A stretch of DNA of 64,000 bases from a virus, in the IMG/VR virus record IMGVR_UViG_3300027833_001604, positions 32,001 to 96,000 of that record. One strand, 5' to 3'. Each line of letters starts with the position of its first letter. Positions within the stretch are counted from its first letter, which is position 1. A program made the translations under genes and the position numbers. Positions 39,437 to 47,949 of the stretch are shown here, piece by piece. The notes under the pieces are model-generated. The model saw only the letters and a list, made by a program, of their open reading frames with translations. It searched no databases and was not told where the DNA came from.

Positions 39437-39987
39437 TAACCTTCTTTAAGTAAATCTAATAATAGTTCAGCACCCGCGGCTTGATTTTCTGCCCAATGAT
39501 CGGCTGCATCTTCGTCTGCCATGTCGGTGACATACTTAATTATTGTTGTTGGACAATTAAACATTTTGCCTACTTTAGCAATAGCGTAACCTTCCATGTC
39601 AACTAAATGACTTTTTAGTTCAGGTGCTTTTGTTACAAAGTTATCACCTGAACTTAGAATACACTTGCTGTCTGGGTTTAATGTAATGTCGCCTGCTATT
39701 TCTGTAGTTTCAAATGGTGTCAACCCTAATGCTGTCATTGGTCTGCAATCCATATCACGTTGTCTTACTGCGCCAACTTCTAATAGTTTGCCTACAAGTG
39801 TATGTTCAAATGCACCAGCAGTTCCATAATTGATTATACGTTCGCAATCTTTTTGATTTGCAGCCAACGTTGCTGTTACGGTTGCGTTAATTTTTCCAAC
39901 ACCTGTATACCATACTTTAAATTTACTATTATCTAAATCTTCTATATTTGGTAATTCGCTTCTTAGTGCTACTAATATGTATATCAT
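39436..39987 (-). CDS. mtnN: 5'-methylthioadenosine/SAH nucleosidase
   Basis: 'TGVGKINA', 'INYGTAG', 'SGDNF', 'VDMEGYA', 'KYVTD.AD'. Confidence 0.85.
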   Translation of the reverse strand: MIYILVALRSELPNIEDLDNSKFKVWYTGVGKINATVTATLAANQKDCERIINYGTAGAFEHTLVGKLLEVGAVRQRDMDCRPMTALGLTPFETTEIAGDITLNPDSKCILSSGDNFVTKAPELKSHLVDMEGYAIAKVGKMFNCPTTIIKYVTDMADEDAADHWAENQAAGAELLLDLLKEG

Positions 39988-41417
39988 TTTTTATCCTCTG
40001 TTGGTTCATCCATTAAGTAAGCCATTTCAGGGAATGTCTTGCGGAAGTCTGTGCCACGCATCTCATCTAGCTTAGTTAAATATTCTCTAAATTCTGGTAG
40101 GCGTTGACTCCAGTCTTCGCTACGTGCAAAACTAATCATACCACGTAAACGCTTGATTCCGTAACTTGCATTTAGCCATTGTTCTTTAGTTACTTTACCT
40201 TTGTGCCAACTAGGAACACCTAGTTCCCAATTATCACTCCACCATTCAATAAATTCTTCATACTTGGCTTCTGTCTTGTCTAAGAACTCGTCTGGTAATA
40301 CTTTAACATTTAAGTGTCCTGGCCAGTATACAAAGTGATAGTTAATACCACCTGCACCAAATGGCCACATGTTTGTTTTCTTTAAATTACTAGTAAGTTT
40401 CCATTTAAGGAAGTCTGGAATATAATGAATGTTTAGTGCATTTACGGCACACGCAATTGTAATTTCTACGTTGTTAGATGTTTTAGTATCTAAGCGTTCA
40501 AACATTGCTAACTGATGTTCCCATTCACTTGGGTAACGAATATAATCATTCATCTCACCAATGCTGTCGATACTGTAATGGAAACGCACTTTCTTATAAT
40601 GTGACCATAACTCTAACAAACGATCAGGAAGTTCTACACCGTTGGAATTATAACGCACTTCCATTTGATCTGCATATCCCATTTCAATAACTTTTTCTAG
40701 GATCTCGTAATGTTCTTCAATAACTGTAGACTCACCACCTGCAAAGTATAGTTGACGCATGTATGGAATTTGTGCATAAAACTGATCCCAAAACTCTGGA
40801 TTGTTCTTGTGCCAATTATAACTTGCTCCAAACGTTTTGCCTTTTTCTTCCCAAACCATAGTCTGCTTTAGACTTTCGTTTGTAATTTGTGGATATAATT
40901 TATTCCAGTCTTTTACCCAACCTGAGGAGTCATGTGGACTACACATAACGCACCCCAACTGACATTTCGTCCCCATACGGATATCAATATACCTAAGTTT
41001 AGAGTCAGTGCTTCCATCTTCGTATGTTTCCTTTACTAGTTCATCTACATCAATACCATTGTTCATCCAGTATTGTGTTTCCCATTGACGTTTTGATCTG
41101 TGTCCAGCTGCTTCTTCTTTAAAGCATTTTAAACAACTTGCGGGCTTCTCACCATCAAGCATCATCTTACGAACACTTCGCATGTATGTGTTGTTCCATG
41201 CTGTTGACAAATCGGTTGTGTTTAGGTTAGCTGGCTTGCCGTCTTCTGTTTTAACAATGCCTACTCGTCCGCCATGCACTTTGTCATTTGTGGCTCCTAC
41301 ACTACTAGCATTTGCAGTGCAACATACTCGCATACTTCCGTCTGGTCGTGTGCTTAGGTGTATCCAAGGTAGTATGCAAAATGTATCTGATGGGGTTGGT
41401 AAATCGTGTTCTGCCAT
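39984..41417 (-). CDS. N-terminal Twitch-domain radical SAM protein
   Basis: 'FCILPW..DG.MRVCC..CLKCF', CQLGCVMC..SS, 'FAGGE', 'YNSNG'. Confidence 0.92.
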   Translation of the reverse strand: MAEHDLPTPSDTFCILPWIHLSTRPDGSMRVCCTANASSVGATNDKVHGGRVGIVKTEDGKPANLNTTDLSTAWNNTYMRSVRKMMLDGEKPASCLKCFKEEAAGHRSKRQWETQYWMNNGIDVDELVKETYEDGSTDSKLRYIDIRMGTKCQLGCVMCSPHDSSGWVKDWNKLYPQITNESLKQTMVWEEKGKTFGASYNWHKNNPEFWDQFYAQIPYMRQLYFAGGESTVIEEHYEILEKVIEMGYADQMEVRYNSNGVELPDRLLELWSHYKKVRFHYSIDSIGEMNDYIRYPSEWEHQLAMFERLDTKTSNNVEITIACAVNALNIHYIPDFLKWKLTSNLKKTNMWPFGAGGINYHFVYWPGHLNVKVLPDEFLDKTEAKYEEFIEWWSDNWELGVPSWHKGKVTKEQWLNASYGIKRLRGMISFARSEDWSQRLPEFREYLTKLDEMRGTDFRKTFPEMAYLMDEPTEDKK

Positions 41418-41426
41418 GTTGTTCCT

Positions 41427-42131
41427 TTAAATTTTATAAACTGCTTTATTGTTACCTGTATTTATTAACTCCCAGGTGTCCTCTGTTGCTGTTCCTGTTA
41501 TCTGTAAGCATGGTCTTTTGGTCCAACTACCGTTCCATGTAACGTGTGGTAGTGTGCTCCATTCCCATGCAAATATTGTTCCTGCTTTCCACTGTGTATA
41601 CACAAGGTTTCCAAACTGAAATATCTGTCCTGGTTCCCAATCTTCTAATGTAATTAAAAAACGTATCTTATCAGGATGTTGATACTTAAACTCTGGGTTA
41701 TCAATAACTCTATCCTTACGTGGATTGCCTGGTAAGTTATCAATGTGCCACATAAGTTGATCGTTTGGATATTGATCATTAAATTTACATGTTAGTTTCT
41801 CATCTGTATTGAAACACAACATGTCTGTAATCTTTGTAAACTGTGGAAACTCTCCTGGAAACTTATCGTAATTAACTTTACGAAACATAGTTGCTTCGGG
41901 CTTTCCATCTGGATTGTCTGCATCTTCTACTGTGTGATCTTCGCTTTTGACATTAGCCGCATGCTCATATCGTTGTTCGTTATAGTTTTGATTTGTAACA
42001 CCTTTGCTACGTGCATGTTCTACTTCTGCTTTCCAGTCACCCTGTAACACTCCTACAATCTTAACGTATTCACCTTCTTTGTCCTCTTTGAATTTATCAA
42101 AGTGCCAAGGTTGCTTAAAGGGTGAGGGCAT
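41427..42131 (-). CDS. 2OG-Fe(II)/cupin-type oxygenase
   Basis: 'WHID', 'RFLITLEDWEPGQ', 'PHVTWN..RPCLQITG'. Confidence 0.7.
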   Translation of the reverse strand: MPSPFKQPWHFDKFKEDKEGEYVKIVGVLQGDWKAEVEHARSKGVTNQNYNEQRYEHAANVKSEDHTVEDADNPDGKPEATMFRKVNYDKFPGEFPQFTKITDMLCFNTDEKLTCKFNDQYPNDQLMWHIDNLPGNPRKDRVIDNPEFKYQHPDKIRFLITLEDWEPGQIFQFGNLVYTQWKAGTIFAWEWSTLPHVTWNGSWTKRPCLQITGTATEDTWELINTGNNKAVYKI

Positions 42132-42791
42132 TTAGTTCTCCGGGATTTTACAAGTTGCGATGTAGACATCGTTCCAATTGTTGTCCATGTATTTAGCCTC
42201 TGATTTATCAAAGCCTTTTATATCTTTAAATGTAGTTTCTGGATTATACAGTTGCCATTGCATATCTTTACGCATTGCAAAGTCTGTTATCTTTGCATTT
42301 TCGTTCCAAATATGTTTACGCATGTTATTATAGTCTGTGTAGCCTGGACGATAGTCTGGATAATGTCCTTCACTAAAGTCCATTACTTCACTCCACCATG
42401 CAAAGCTCTTTTGATTTTCTCTATAACACAACACAATATAATCACCCGGAAAGTGATTATACAAATAGTCTAAGTTGAAGTGTCTTGCAAAGAAGTGACT
42501 TTTAATTACACGTGGGCCTTTACCAGAGAATACATTATCAATATCGTCTTGTAGTTTGTGAGGTTCAACAAAATTGAAGTCTACCCAGTCTTCGCCACAA
42601 CCCATACCAGGACCCCAATAGCTACCACGGTGGCCATTGTTTGTGTCTGTTGGGTTTCTGGGTCTATGGTATTGTGTTCTGTCAGGTGTCTCGTCTGTAG
42701 TGTCTGCTCCTACAACTTTACGAAGTTGAAGATCTATTCCACTCCATTTACTACCTGGAACTCCTGCAAACCATATATTTGTATTATTCAT
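42132..42791 (-). CDS. sulfotransferase/P-loop-like hypothetical protein
   Basis: N-terminal 'FAGVPGSKWS', 'VIKSH', 'IVLCYR', a layout typical of the sulfotransferase fold. Confidence 0.45.
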   Translation of the reverse strand: MNNTNIWFAGVPGSKWSGIDLQLRKVVGADTTDETPDRTQYHRPRNPTDTNNGHRGSYWGPGMGCGEDWVDFNFVEPHKLQDDIDNVFSGKGPRVIKSHFFARHFNLDYLYNHFPGDYIVLCYRENQKSFAWWSEVMDFSEGHYPDYRPGYTDYNNMRKHIWNENAKITDFAMRKDMQWQLYNPETTFKDIKGFDKSEAKYMDNNWNDVYIATCKIPEN

Positions 42792-42811
42792 TATGCACCT
42801 TCCAATCTAGG

Positions 42812-42834
42812 AAAAGAGGACCTAAGCCCTCTTT
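42812..42834 (-). terminator. possible terminator hairpin
   Basis: AAAGAGG-N8-CCTCTTTT on - strand. Confidence 0.5.
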
Positions 42835-42836
42835 GT

Positions 42837-43151
42837 CTATTTAAAATACTTTCCTAGAAATCCGCCTACGCCATTTAATACATCTGACTTAACTCGTTCA
42901 AAATCAATCTTAACTTGAATATCTTTAATGTCGTCTTGCATAATATGATTAACGACATCTTGTCCTGATTTTTCAATTCTTGCAAGATCTTCTTTTGTCA
43001 TAGTTAACTGTTTACCATCAACTAAATCAATGATGATTTCCAGTATGTATTCCGCTGGCACATGATCTAGTGAAACCTGATCGAATATTATGTCAAACGA
43101 TCTATCTTTACGCTCTATTGGCATCCCACTAATCCTCTTATAAAATGACAT
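42837..43151 (-). CDS. phage hypothetical protein
   Basis: 104-aa ORF in the co-oriented block. Confidence 0.7.
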   Translation of the reverse strand: MSFYKRISGMPIERKDRSFDIIFDQVSLDHVPAEYILEIIIDLVDGKQLTMTKEDLARIEKSGQDVVNHIMQDDIKDIQVKIDFERVKSDVLNGVGGFLGKYFK

Positions 43152-43179
43152 TACTTAGTGGTATTTACCACGTTTTGGT

Positions 43180-43782
43180 TTATTCAGCAGTTACTTTAGC
43201 TGGTCTTCCACGTTTTGGTTTTAGTGAAGGATCTAAATCATATGCTTGTGCTTTTAAAGTTTCTGCTTCAGCTAAAAACCCTTCAGCTTGTGCTAGCATA
43301 TTCTTTGCAAGATCTCCATCTGCCATAACAGGTGCATCTGCTTGAGCACCCATTGGTGGAACATCACCTAAGTCACGTGCTGCTGGTTGGATTTGTGTAT
43401 TATCAGGTGATACAACTGGCTTCCCATCAGTATCTTCTCTAATAATGTCATTCAGTTCTTTTAAGTTAACTGACACACTATTATTAGGAGTCATTGCTAC
43501 ATTCTCTGTTGGGTGCTTATTTAAACGCCCAGCGCCATGTAATGTTTGTAACATATTAGTTCCATCAGTAAAGACGGTTCTTTCAGCATACTCATAAAAG
43601 TTTGCACTTGATTGTGCTCCAGGTGCCTCAACTGCTTTCATTAGATCATCATGCATCCAATCTGGACATGCATCTGTATCTACTACTAAGCAATGTGATG
43701 GATCATCTGGTAGTTCACGGAAGACTACAATACACTTTTTCTGTGTATTAATAATCTGCCCTACGTGTTTTATATTTGCCAT
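43180..43782 (-). CDS. phage protein with C-terminal AT-hook-like motif
   Basis: ends 'KPKRGRPAK'. Confidence 0.8.
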   Translation of the reverse strand: MANIKHVGQIINTQKKCIVVFRELPDDPSHCLVVDTDACPDWMHDDLMKAVEAPGAQSSANFYEYAERTVFTDGTNMLQTLHGAGRLNKHPTENVAMTPNNSVSVNLKELNDIIREDTDGKPVVSPDNTQIQPAARDLGDVPPMGAQADAPVMADGDLAKNMLAQAEGFLAEAETLKAQAYDLDPSLKPKRGRPAKVTAE

Positions 43783-43785
43783 AAT

Positions 43786-44010
43786 TTACTTCTCCTCAGT
43801 TGTCTCTTCTACAACTTCTTCTGGTGTATTAGCCTTAACAAAGGCTACTAGTTTTTCAAAGCATGCGCCAACTTGGCTCGCTTCTGCGGCTTTGAATGCC
43901 CCTCGCTGTGTCGCAAGATCGATAATATTGCAGGCTACTACGATATCTGCAATTTGAATTTGTGCTGATACTACTGCATCTTCTACTTTTGGTGTTTCTT
44001 TTTTGCTCAT
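43786..44010 (-). CDS. small phage protein
   Basis: RBS GAGGAG; 'IIDLATQRGAFKA'. Confidence 0.8.
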   Translation of the reverse strand: MSKKETPKVEDAVVSAQIQIADIVVACNIIDLATQRGAFKAAEASQVGACFEKLVAFVKANTPEEVVEETTEEK

Positions 44011-44051
44011 TTGTTATTCTCCTCGAGTTAAAAATAATTATATACTATGTT

Positions 44052-44059
44052 TATTTATC
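44052..44059 (-). promoter_or_regulatory. putative late promoter
   Basis: GATAAATA on - strand upstream of 44010. Confidence 0.45.
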
Positions 44060-44356
44060 CTACGCTGATGCGAGTTTATTTAACATAAGTTTTTTCTCAA
44101 ATTTATCTAAGTCTTTTAATGACTCAAACCATATTTGAAATACCATATTGGACTTGTCGACGGGCCTAATATGGTAGAACGCCCTTACTTCTTCTGTTAA
44201 CCCGTCCCAATCAATCGATGTTTTGGGATCGTTAGCAACAAGTAATACCCTGTTACGCATCATGTTAACGATGATGTCAGTGTCTGATAAAAGTTGTAAA
44301 TCACTTTCACTTAGACTACCACTGTTCTTTATTAACTTTAAGTTACTACTGTTCAT
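44060..44356 (-). CDS. hypothetical protein
   Basis: start adjusted to MNSSNLK, overlapping the VWA gene stop. Confidence 0.65.
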   Translation of the reverse strand: MNSSNLKLIKNSGSLSESDLQLLSDTDIIVNMMRNRVLLVANDPKTSIDWDGLTEEVRAFYHIRPVDKSNMVFQIWFESLKDLDKFEKKLMLNKLASA

Positions 44357-45578
44357 AATGTATAGTAACTCCAAATGGTGCTTCAATCTTTCTTTGTTTA
44401 TCACCGTGAATAACATGTAGCACATCACAGTAATCTGGGTTACCCCAACTACCCCAAGGATAGCCGTCTGTAAACATTACCATTTGATCTGGTTCAATTC
44501 CTTCTTGTGCCATGTAGTTATACACAACTTCAAAGTCTGTTCCACCACCACCTGTGATTTCGTATTCGTTCATTGAACGCCCATCATCACTAGTAAAAGT
44601 GTCTGGAGCATATACATTTGTATCAAATTGTGCAATATGAATCTTGTAACTTTGATACTGGTCCATAATGCCTTGCACTTCACTTAAGAAATCACGTAGC
44701 ATATCTTTACTAATACTTCCACTTGTGTCTAAAAATACTGCAATATTTAGTTCTTCGTCTTTGTTCATACCTGGAAAAATAACTTCTCCTGAACGTTTGC
44801 TAGGACGCATAAATGTAAAGTCACTACGTAGACTACTTTCTAATTGTGTTCTAAGAACATCACGCCAATCCATACGAGGTGAAATAAGTTCACTAATCAT
44901 ACGCTTAACTGATTCAGGAACATCAGGTCCAGCACTTTGAGCCGCTTGTATTACAGCCTGTTTAATTTCGTCCTTGAGTGCTTTCTTTTCTTCTTCTGAC
45001 ATTTGAACTTTTTGATTACCACCTTGTCCACCTTGTCCATCAGCATCATCATTTGAATCGCCAACTTCTAAGTGAACATCCATGCCACCACTTTGTCCAG
45101 CACCATCTTCAATTAGTTTATCATAAATCTCATAAGAGTTTAGTCCACGGTATTTCCAGTCTAAACACATTTGTCCACCATCAAGTGATTCTTGCTTAAT
45201 TGGTTCACCAATATGATGTTCAACTAGTGTCATGTTAATGTTATAGTCAGCTGCTGCATTGTATACCATTTTGTCACGTTCTCCACGTGCTTCCATATGA
45301 TCATATACAACATGCAATACCTCATGTCCAACTAAAAAGTCAAGTTCTGGATCTGACAAACGATTAATAAAATCTATGTTATATAAAAACCTACGACCAT
45401 CAGTTGCGGCAGTAGGAATATAATCACTAGCATCTTCAATTCGTAAACGTGTTGCTAGTTGTCCAAAGAAAGGCTTAGTAAGTAATAGTCTAACACGTGA
45501 TTGTGTAATACGTTCTACTGCTGATTTTTGCATTTCTGTAATCTCCGTAGCTTGTGTTTTTTCAATTGTTTCTAACAT
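44346..45578 (-). CDS. Metallopeptidase-like (HExxH) plus VWA domain protein (DUF2201-like)
   Basis: 'PTAATDG', 'HEVLH', MIDAS 'DTSGS', 'GGGGTDF', 'FTDG'. Confidence 0.9.
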   Translation of the reverse strand: MLETIEKTQATEITEMQKSAVERITQSRVRLLLTKPFFGQLATRLRIEDASDYIPTAATDGRRFLYNIDFINRLSDPELDFLVGHEVLHVVYDHMEARGERDKMVYNAAADYNINMTLVEHHIGEPIKQESLDGGQMCLDWKYRGLNSYEIYDKLIEDGAGQSGGMDVHLEVGDSNDDADGQGGQGGNQKVQMSEEEKKALKDEIKQAVIQAAQSAGPDVPESVKRMISELISPRMDWRDVLRTQLESSLRSDFTFMRPSKRSGEVIFPGMNKDEELNIAVFLDTSGSISKDMLRDFLSEVQGIMDQYQSYKIHIAQFDTNVYAPDTFTSDDGRSMNEYEITGGGGTDFEVVYNYMAQEGIEPDQMVMFTDGYPWGSWGNPDYCDVLHVIHGDKQRKIEAPFGVTIHYEQ

Positions 45579-45587
45579 TATAGTAGT

Positions 45588-45616
45588 ATTATAGCATTTA
45601 TGGTTGTTATAGTCAA
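45588..45616 (-). promoter_or_regulatory. sigma70 promoter
   Basis: TTGACT-N17-TATAAT, 9 nt from the ATG (near-leaderless). Confidence 0.65.
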
Positions 45617-45623
45617 CCTTTAA

Positions 45624-45953
45624 TTAATGTGAAAGCCTAAAAAGCATAGCTTCTTCTGGGTTTTTAAAGTAAACTGCATGTGAATCATCTGGATTAGCAT
45701 ATTTTTTAATTATAAAATCTTGGTGATAACAGTTTGTTCTACACCATCTTGTGGCTTTATCTAACTGGCCTCTAATAGTAATTTCAGTTGCATTTTTGCG
45801 CCATTTTATTTTGTATTCGGATATATCTGCTGGAATGGCGTCTTTAAAATCTAATCCGTATAAACGAATGTTTGTCCTTTCTCGAGGTGAGTAAAGGGAG
45901 AGGTCAACTGTCTCTCCCTCCCTCAGCTTGGGCGTAATGTATGTATTACGCAT
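45624..45953 (-). CDS. hypothetical protein
   Basis: 'WC..YFKNPEEAMLFRL'; start uncertain. Confidence 0.6.
   Translation of the reverse strand: MRNTYITPKLREGETVDLSLYSPRERTNIRLYGLDFKDAIPADISEYKIKWRKNATEITIRGQLDKATRWCRTNCYHQDFIIKKYANPDDSHAVYFKNPEEAMLFRLSH
45893..45918 (-). terminator. possible terminator after moxR-like gene
   Basis: GGGAGAG-N9-CTCTCCC-TTT. Confidence 0.5.
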
Positions 45954-47055
45954 CAAGCACCAAACGTCCGTACCTTGAGAAATACTCCTCAAAACGTTCG
46001 ATTTTGTCTTGCTTAGGCACTAGTTTATATTGTTGCATTGCAACTCTACTAGCCATGATAACCATTTCAGTTTCAAAGTTATCCATCATAAACCCAAGCA
46101 TGTTACTAAAGCTCTTGTGATAGTTGTCCATCTTACCTGACTTCTCACCATTAATACTACGATCACGTAGTTCATAACACATTGAAGTAGCTAGTGCATA
46201 CTTGGCACTAATTTCTGTAGACTTCATTGTCTTAACTTTACCATCCAATACTTCAACTGGATCTGGTAAGTCACCTGCAATCTTACGGTGTGCCATAAAC
46301 TTAACAGCAACTCCTTCGCCAACACAACCTGCAACCAAATCTGTTTGCAAGCCTTCTGCAAGGTCATCTGCATCTTCAATTAGTTCTGAAGTAAATGTCC
46401 ATGCACGTGGTGTAGCAAATCCACGTGAACTTGACGCTGGATCAAAGTTGTAAAGATCGCCTTTAGCGAATGAAAGGTAACCAACAACATCTGCGTCTAC
46501 CTTATTCATTACAGCCCATGACAACCAATCTTGGAAATCAACACGTAGTTCAAAGTGAACAAAGCGATTCTCAAGTGGCTTAGGCATTCTGTAAGTAACA
46601 CCTTTGTCAGTTTCTCTATTACCTGCGGCAATCATTACTACATTGTCTGGTAGCTTGTATTGTCCAATGCGTCGATTAAGAATCAACTGATAACCTGCAG
46701 CTTGCACACTAGGGGCTGCTGAGTTCATCTCGTCTAGGAATACAATAACTGTATCGTATTGTGCGGCAAGTTCTTCACTTGGCAAGTCTGCTGGTGGTAG
46801 CCATTGCATAACACCTGTTTCCATATTTGGCACAGGATAACCACGCAAATCAGTTGGCTCAAACAATGCAAGACGCATGTCAATAACATGTGTTTTACCA
46901 AGTGCACCTGAGTCACCAATTTGTTTAACTAGTTCTGATTTTCCAATTCCTGGAGGACCCCATAAAAACACAGGACGCTTCTTTTTAAAAGCTCGTGTAA
47001 TAAGGGTAGTTGCTTCACTAATCTTAACGGTACGTGTTTCTGATATAGTTGACAT
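45946..47055 (-). CDS. MoxR-like AAA+ ATPase
   Basis: Walker A GPPGIGKS, 'FLDEMN', 'AAGN', 'NRF'. Confidence 0.92.
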   Translation of the reverse strand: MSTISETRTVKISEATTLITRAFKKKRPVFLWGPPGIGKSELVKQIGDSGALGKTHVIDMRLALFEPTDLRGYPVPNMETGVMQWLPPADLPSEELAAQYDTVIVFLDEMNSAAPSVQAAGYQLILNRRIGQYKLPDNVVMIAAGNRETDKGVTYRMPKPLENRFVHFELRVDFQDWLSWAVMNKVDADVVGYLSFAKGDLYNFDPASSSRGFATPRAWTFTSELIEDADDLAEGLQTDLVAGCVGEGVAVKFMAHRKIAGDLPDPVEVLDGKVKTMKSTEISAKYALATSMCYELRDRSINGEKSGKMDNYHKSFSNMLGFMMDNFETEMVIMASRVAMQQYKLVPKQDKIERFEEYFSRYGRLVLDA

Positions 47056-47089
47056 TTTTTACTTCCTTTATAGTTGACTTATGTTATAC

Positions 47090-47118
47090 ATGTTACAGTA
47101 AATATTTCTACTTGTCAA
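47090..47118 (-). promoter_or_regulatory. sigma70 promoter
   Basis: TTGACA-N17-TAACAT with extended -10 TG-like bases. Confidence 0.55.
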
Positions 47119-47122
47119 GTCT

Positions 47123-47281
47123 TTATTGACCCATTAAGTAAATTAAATTCCACCAAGTATACTGTTGGCTGTTTTCTACACCAAACATCCAAAGTGTATC
47201 AATCCATCCTAGAGCAAATAGTGTGATTAAAGTTCCACCAATTACGTCAGTTACTTTAAGGTCTTTAATTTCTTGTAACAT
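47123..47281 (-). CDS. 52-aa membrane peptide (not in ORF track)
   Basis: MLQEIKDLKVTDVIGGTLITLFALGWIDTLWMFGVENSQQYTWWNLIYLMGQ; RBS AAGGA; own promoter. Confidence 0.7.
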   Translation of the reverse strand: MLQEIKDLKVTDVIGGTLITLFALGWIDTLWMFGVENSQQYTWWNLIYLMGQ

Positions 47282-47312
47282 GCTTTATTCCTTTTGTTTA
47301 ACTTATACTACT

Positions 47313-47341
47313 ATTATACGGCAAGATGTCTTACTTGTCAA
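47313..47341 (-). promoter_or_regulatory. sigma70 promoter with AAGACATCTT palindrome
   Basis: identical to 16329-16357 in inverted orientation. Confidence 0.88.
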
Positions 47342-47355
47342 CCTTTTTAGTCAAG

Positions 47356-47379
47356 AAAAAACCCTTGTATTACAAGGGT
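47356..47379 (-). terminator. intrinsic terminator
   Basis: ACCCTTGTA/TACAAGGGT inverted repeat followed by TTTTT on - strand. Confidence 0.7.
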
Positions 47380-47410
47380 ATGTAATTTTATTTGAATTTA
47401 TTTTAGGGTA

Positions 47411-47728
47411 TTAAGTGTTAAATTTTGCAACTAACTTAGCTAAATCATCTGCTGTTGCCAATCTACTTGGTTTTGGAGCAGATGTATGCTGTTGTTGTTG
47501 ATTTTTCTTTAACTTAACTATAAAAGATCCTGTGTTCTGTCCATCTTGTTCAACTGCTACTGTCAATGGATTTCCGTTAACCCAGCCTTTGATTTCTTCT
47601 GACATTTTACCATGTCCTGTAATTACAATAATCTTTTTAAATCCTTTTGCGTATGATAACTCAACATTATCATTAAATTGTTTCCATGCATCGTGGACTT
47701 TATATCCGTGTAAGTCTAATTTTCTCAT
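47411..47728 (-). CDS. Smr/MutS2 C-terminal domain protein
   Basis: 'LDLHG', 'IVITGHG', 'NTGSFIV'. Confidence 0.85.
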   Translation of the reverse strand: MRKLDLHGYKVHDAWKQFNDNVELSYAKGFKKIIVITGHGKMSEEIKGWVNGNPLTVAVEQDGQNTGSFIVKLKKNQQQQHTSAPKPSRLATADDLAKLVAKFNT

Positions 47729-47949
47729 ATTTCTCTTTTGTTAAATTGTTTAAAAACTACACCGGTCTTTATTACAAATTCCATGCCGTGTGCGTTTCCA
47801 ACATATACTCCGGTTTTAGTTCTACTAAACCAAAGTGGAACTCCATTGAGTAATACTCTAATGGAGTCTTTGTTAATGCCAACGATTGTTCCGTCAGCAG
47901 TGCTTTCGTGATCTGTGCAATAAACTTCTACTACATCATCTAATTTCAT
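47725..47949 (-). CDS. small SH3-like hypothetical protein
   Basis: 74 aa, ATGA overlaps. Confidence 0.7.
   Translation of the reverse strand: MKLDDVVEVYCTDHESTADGTIVGINKDSIRVLLNGVPLWFSRTKTGVYVGNAHGMEFVIKTGVVFKQFNKREI

Noticed and set aside
43168-43221. 14-bp direct repeat CCACGTTTTGGTTT 40 bp apart
   Set aside because: A single short local duplication at a gene end with no associated element.
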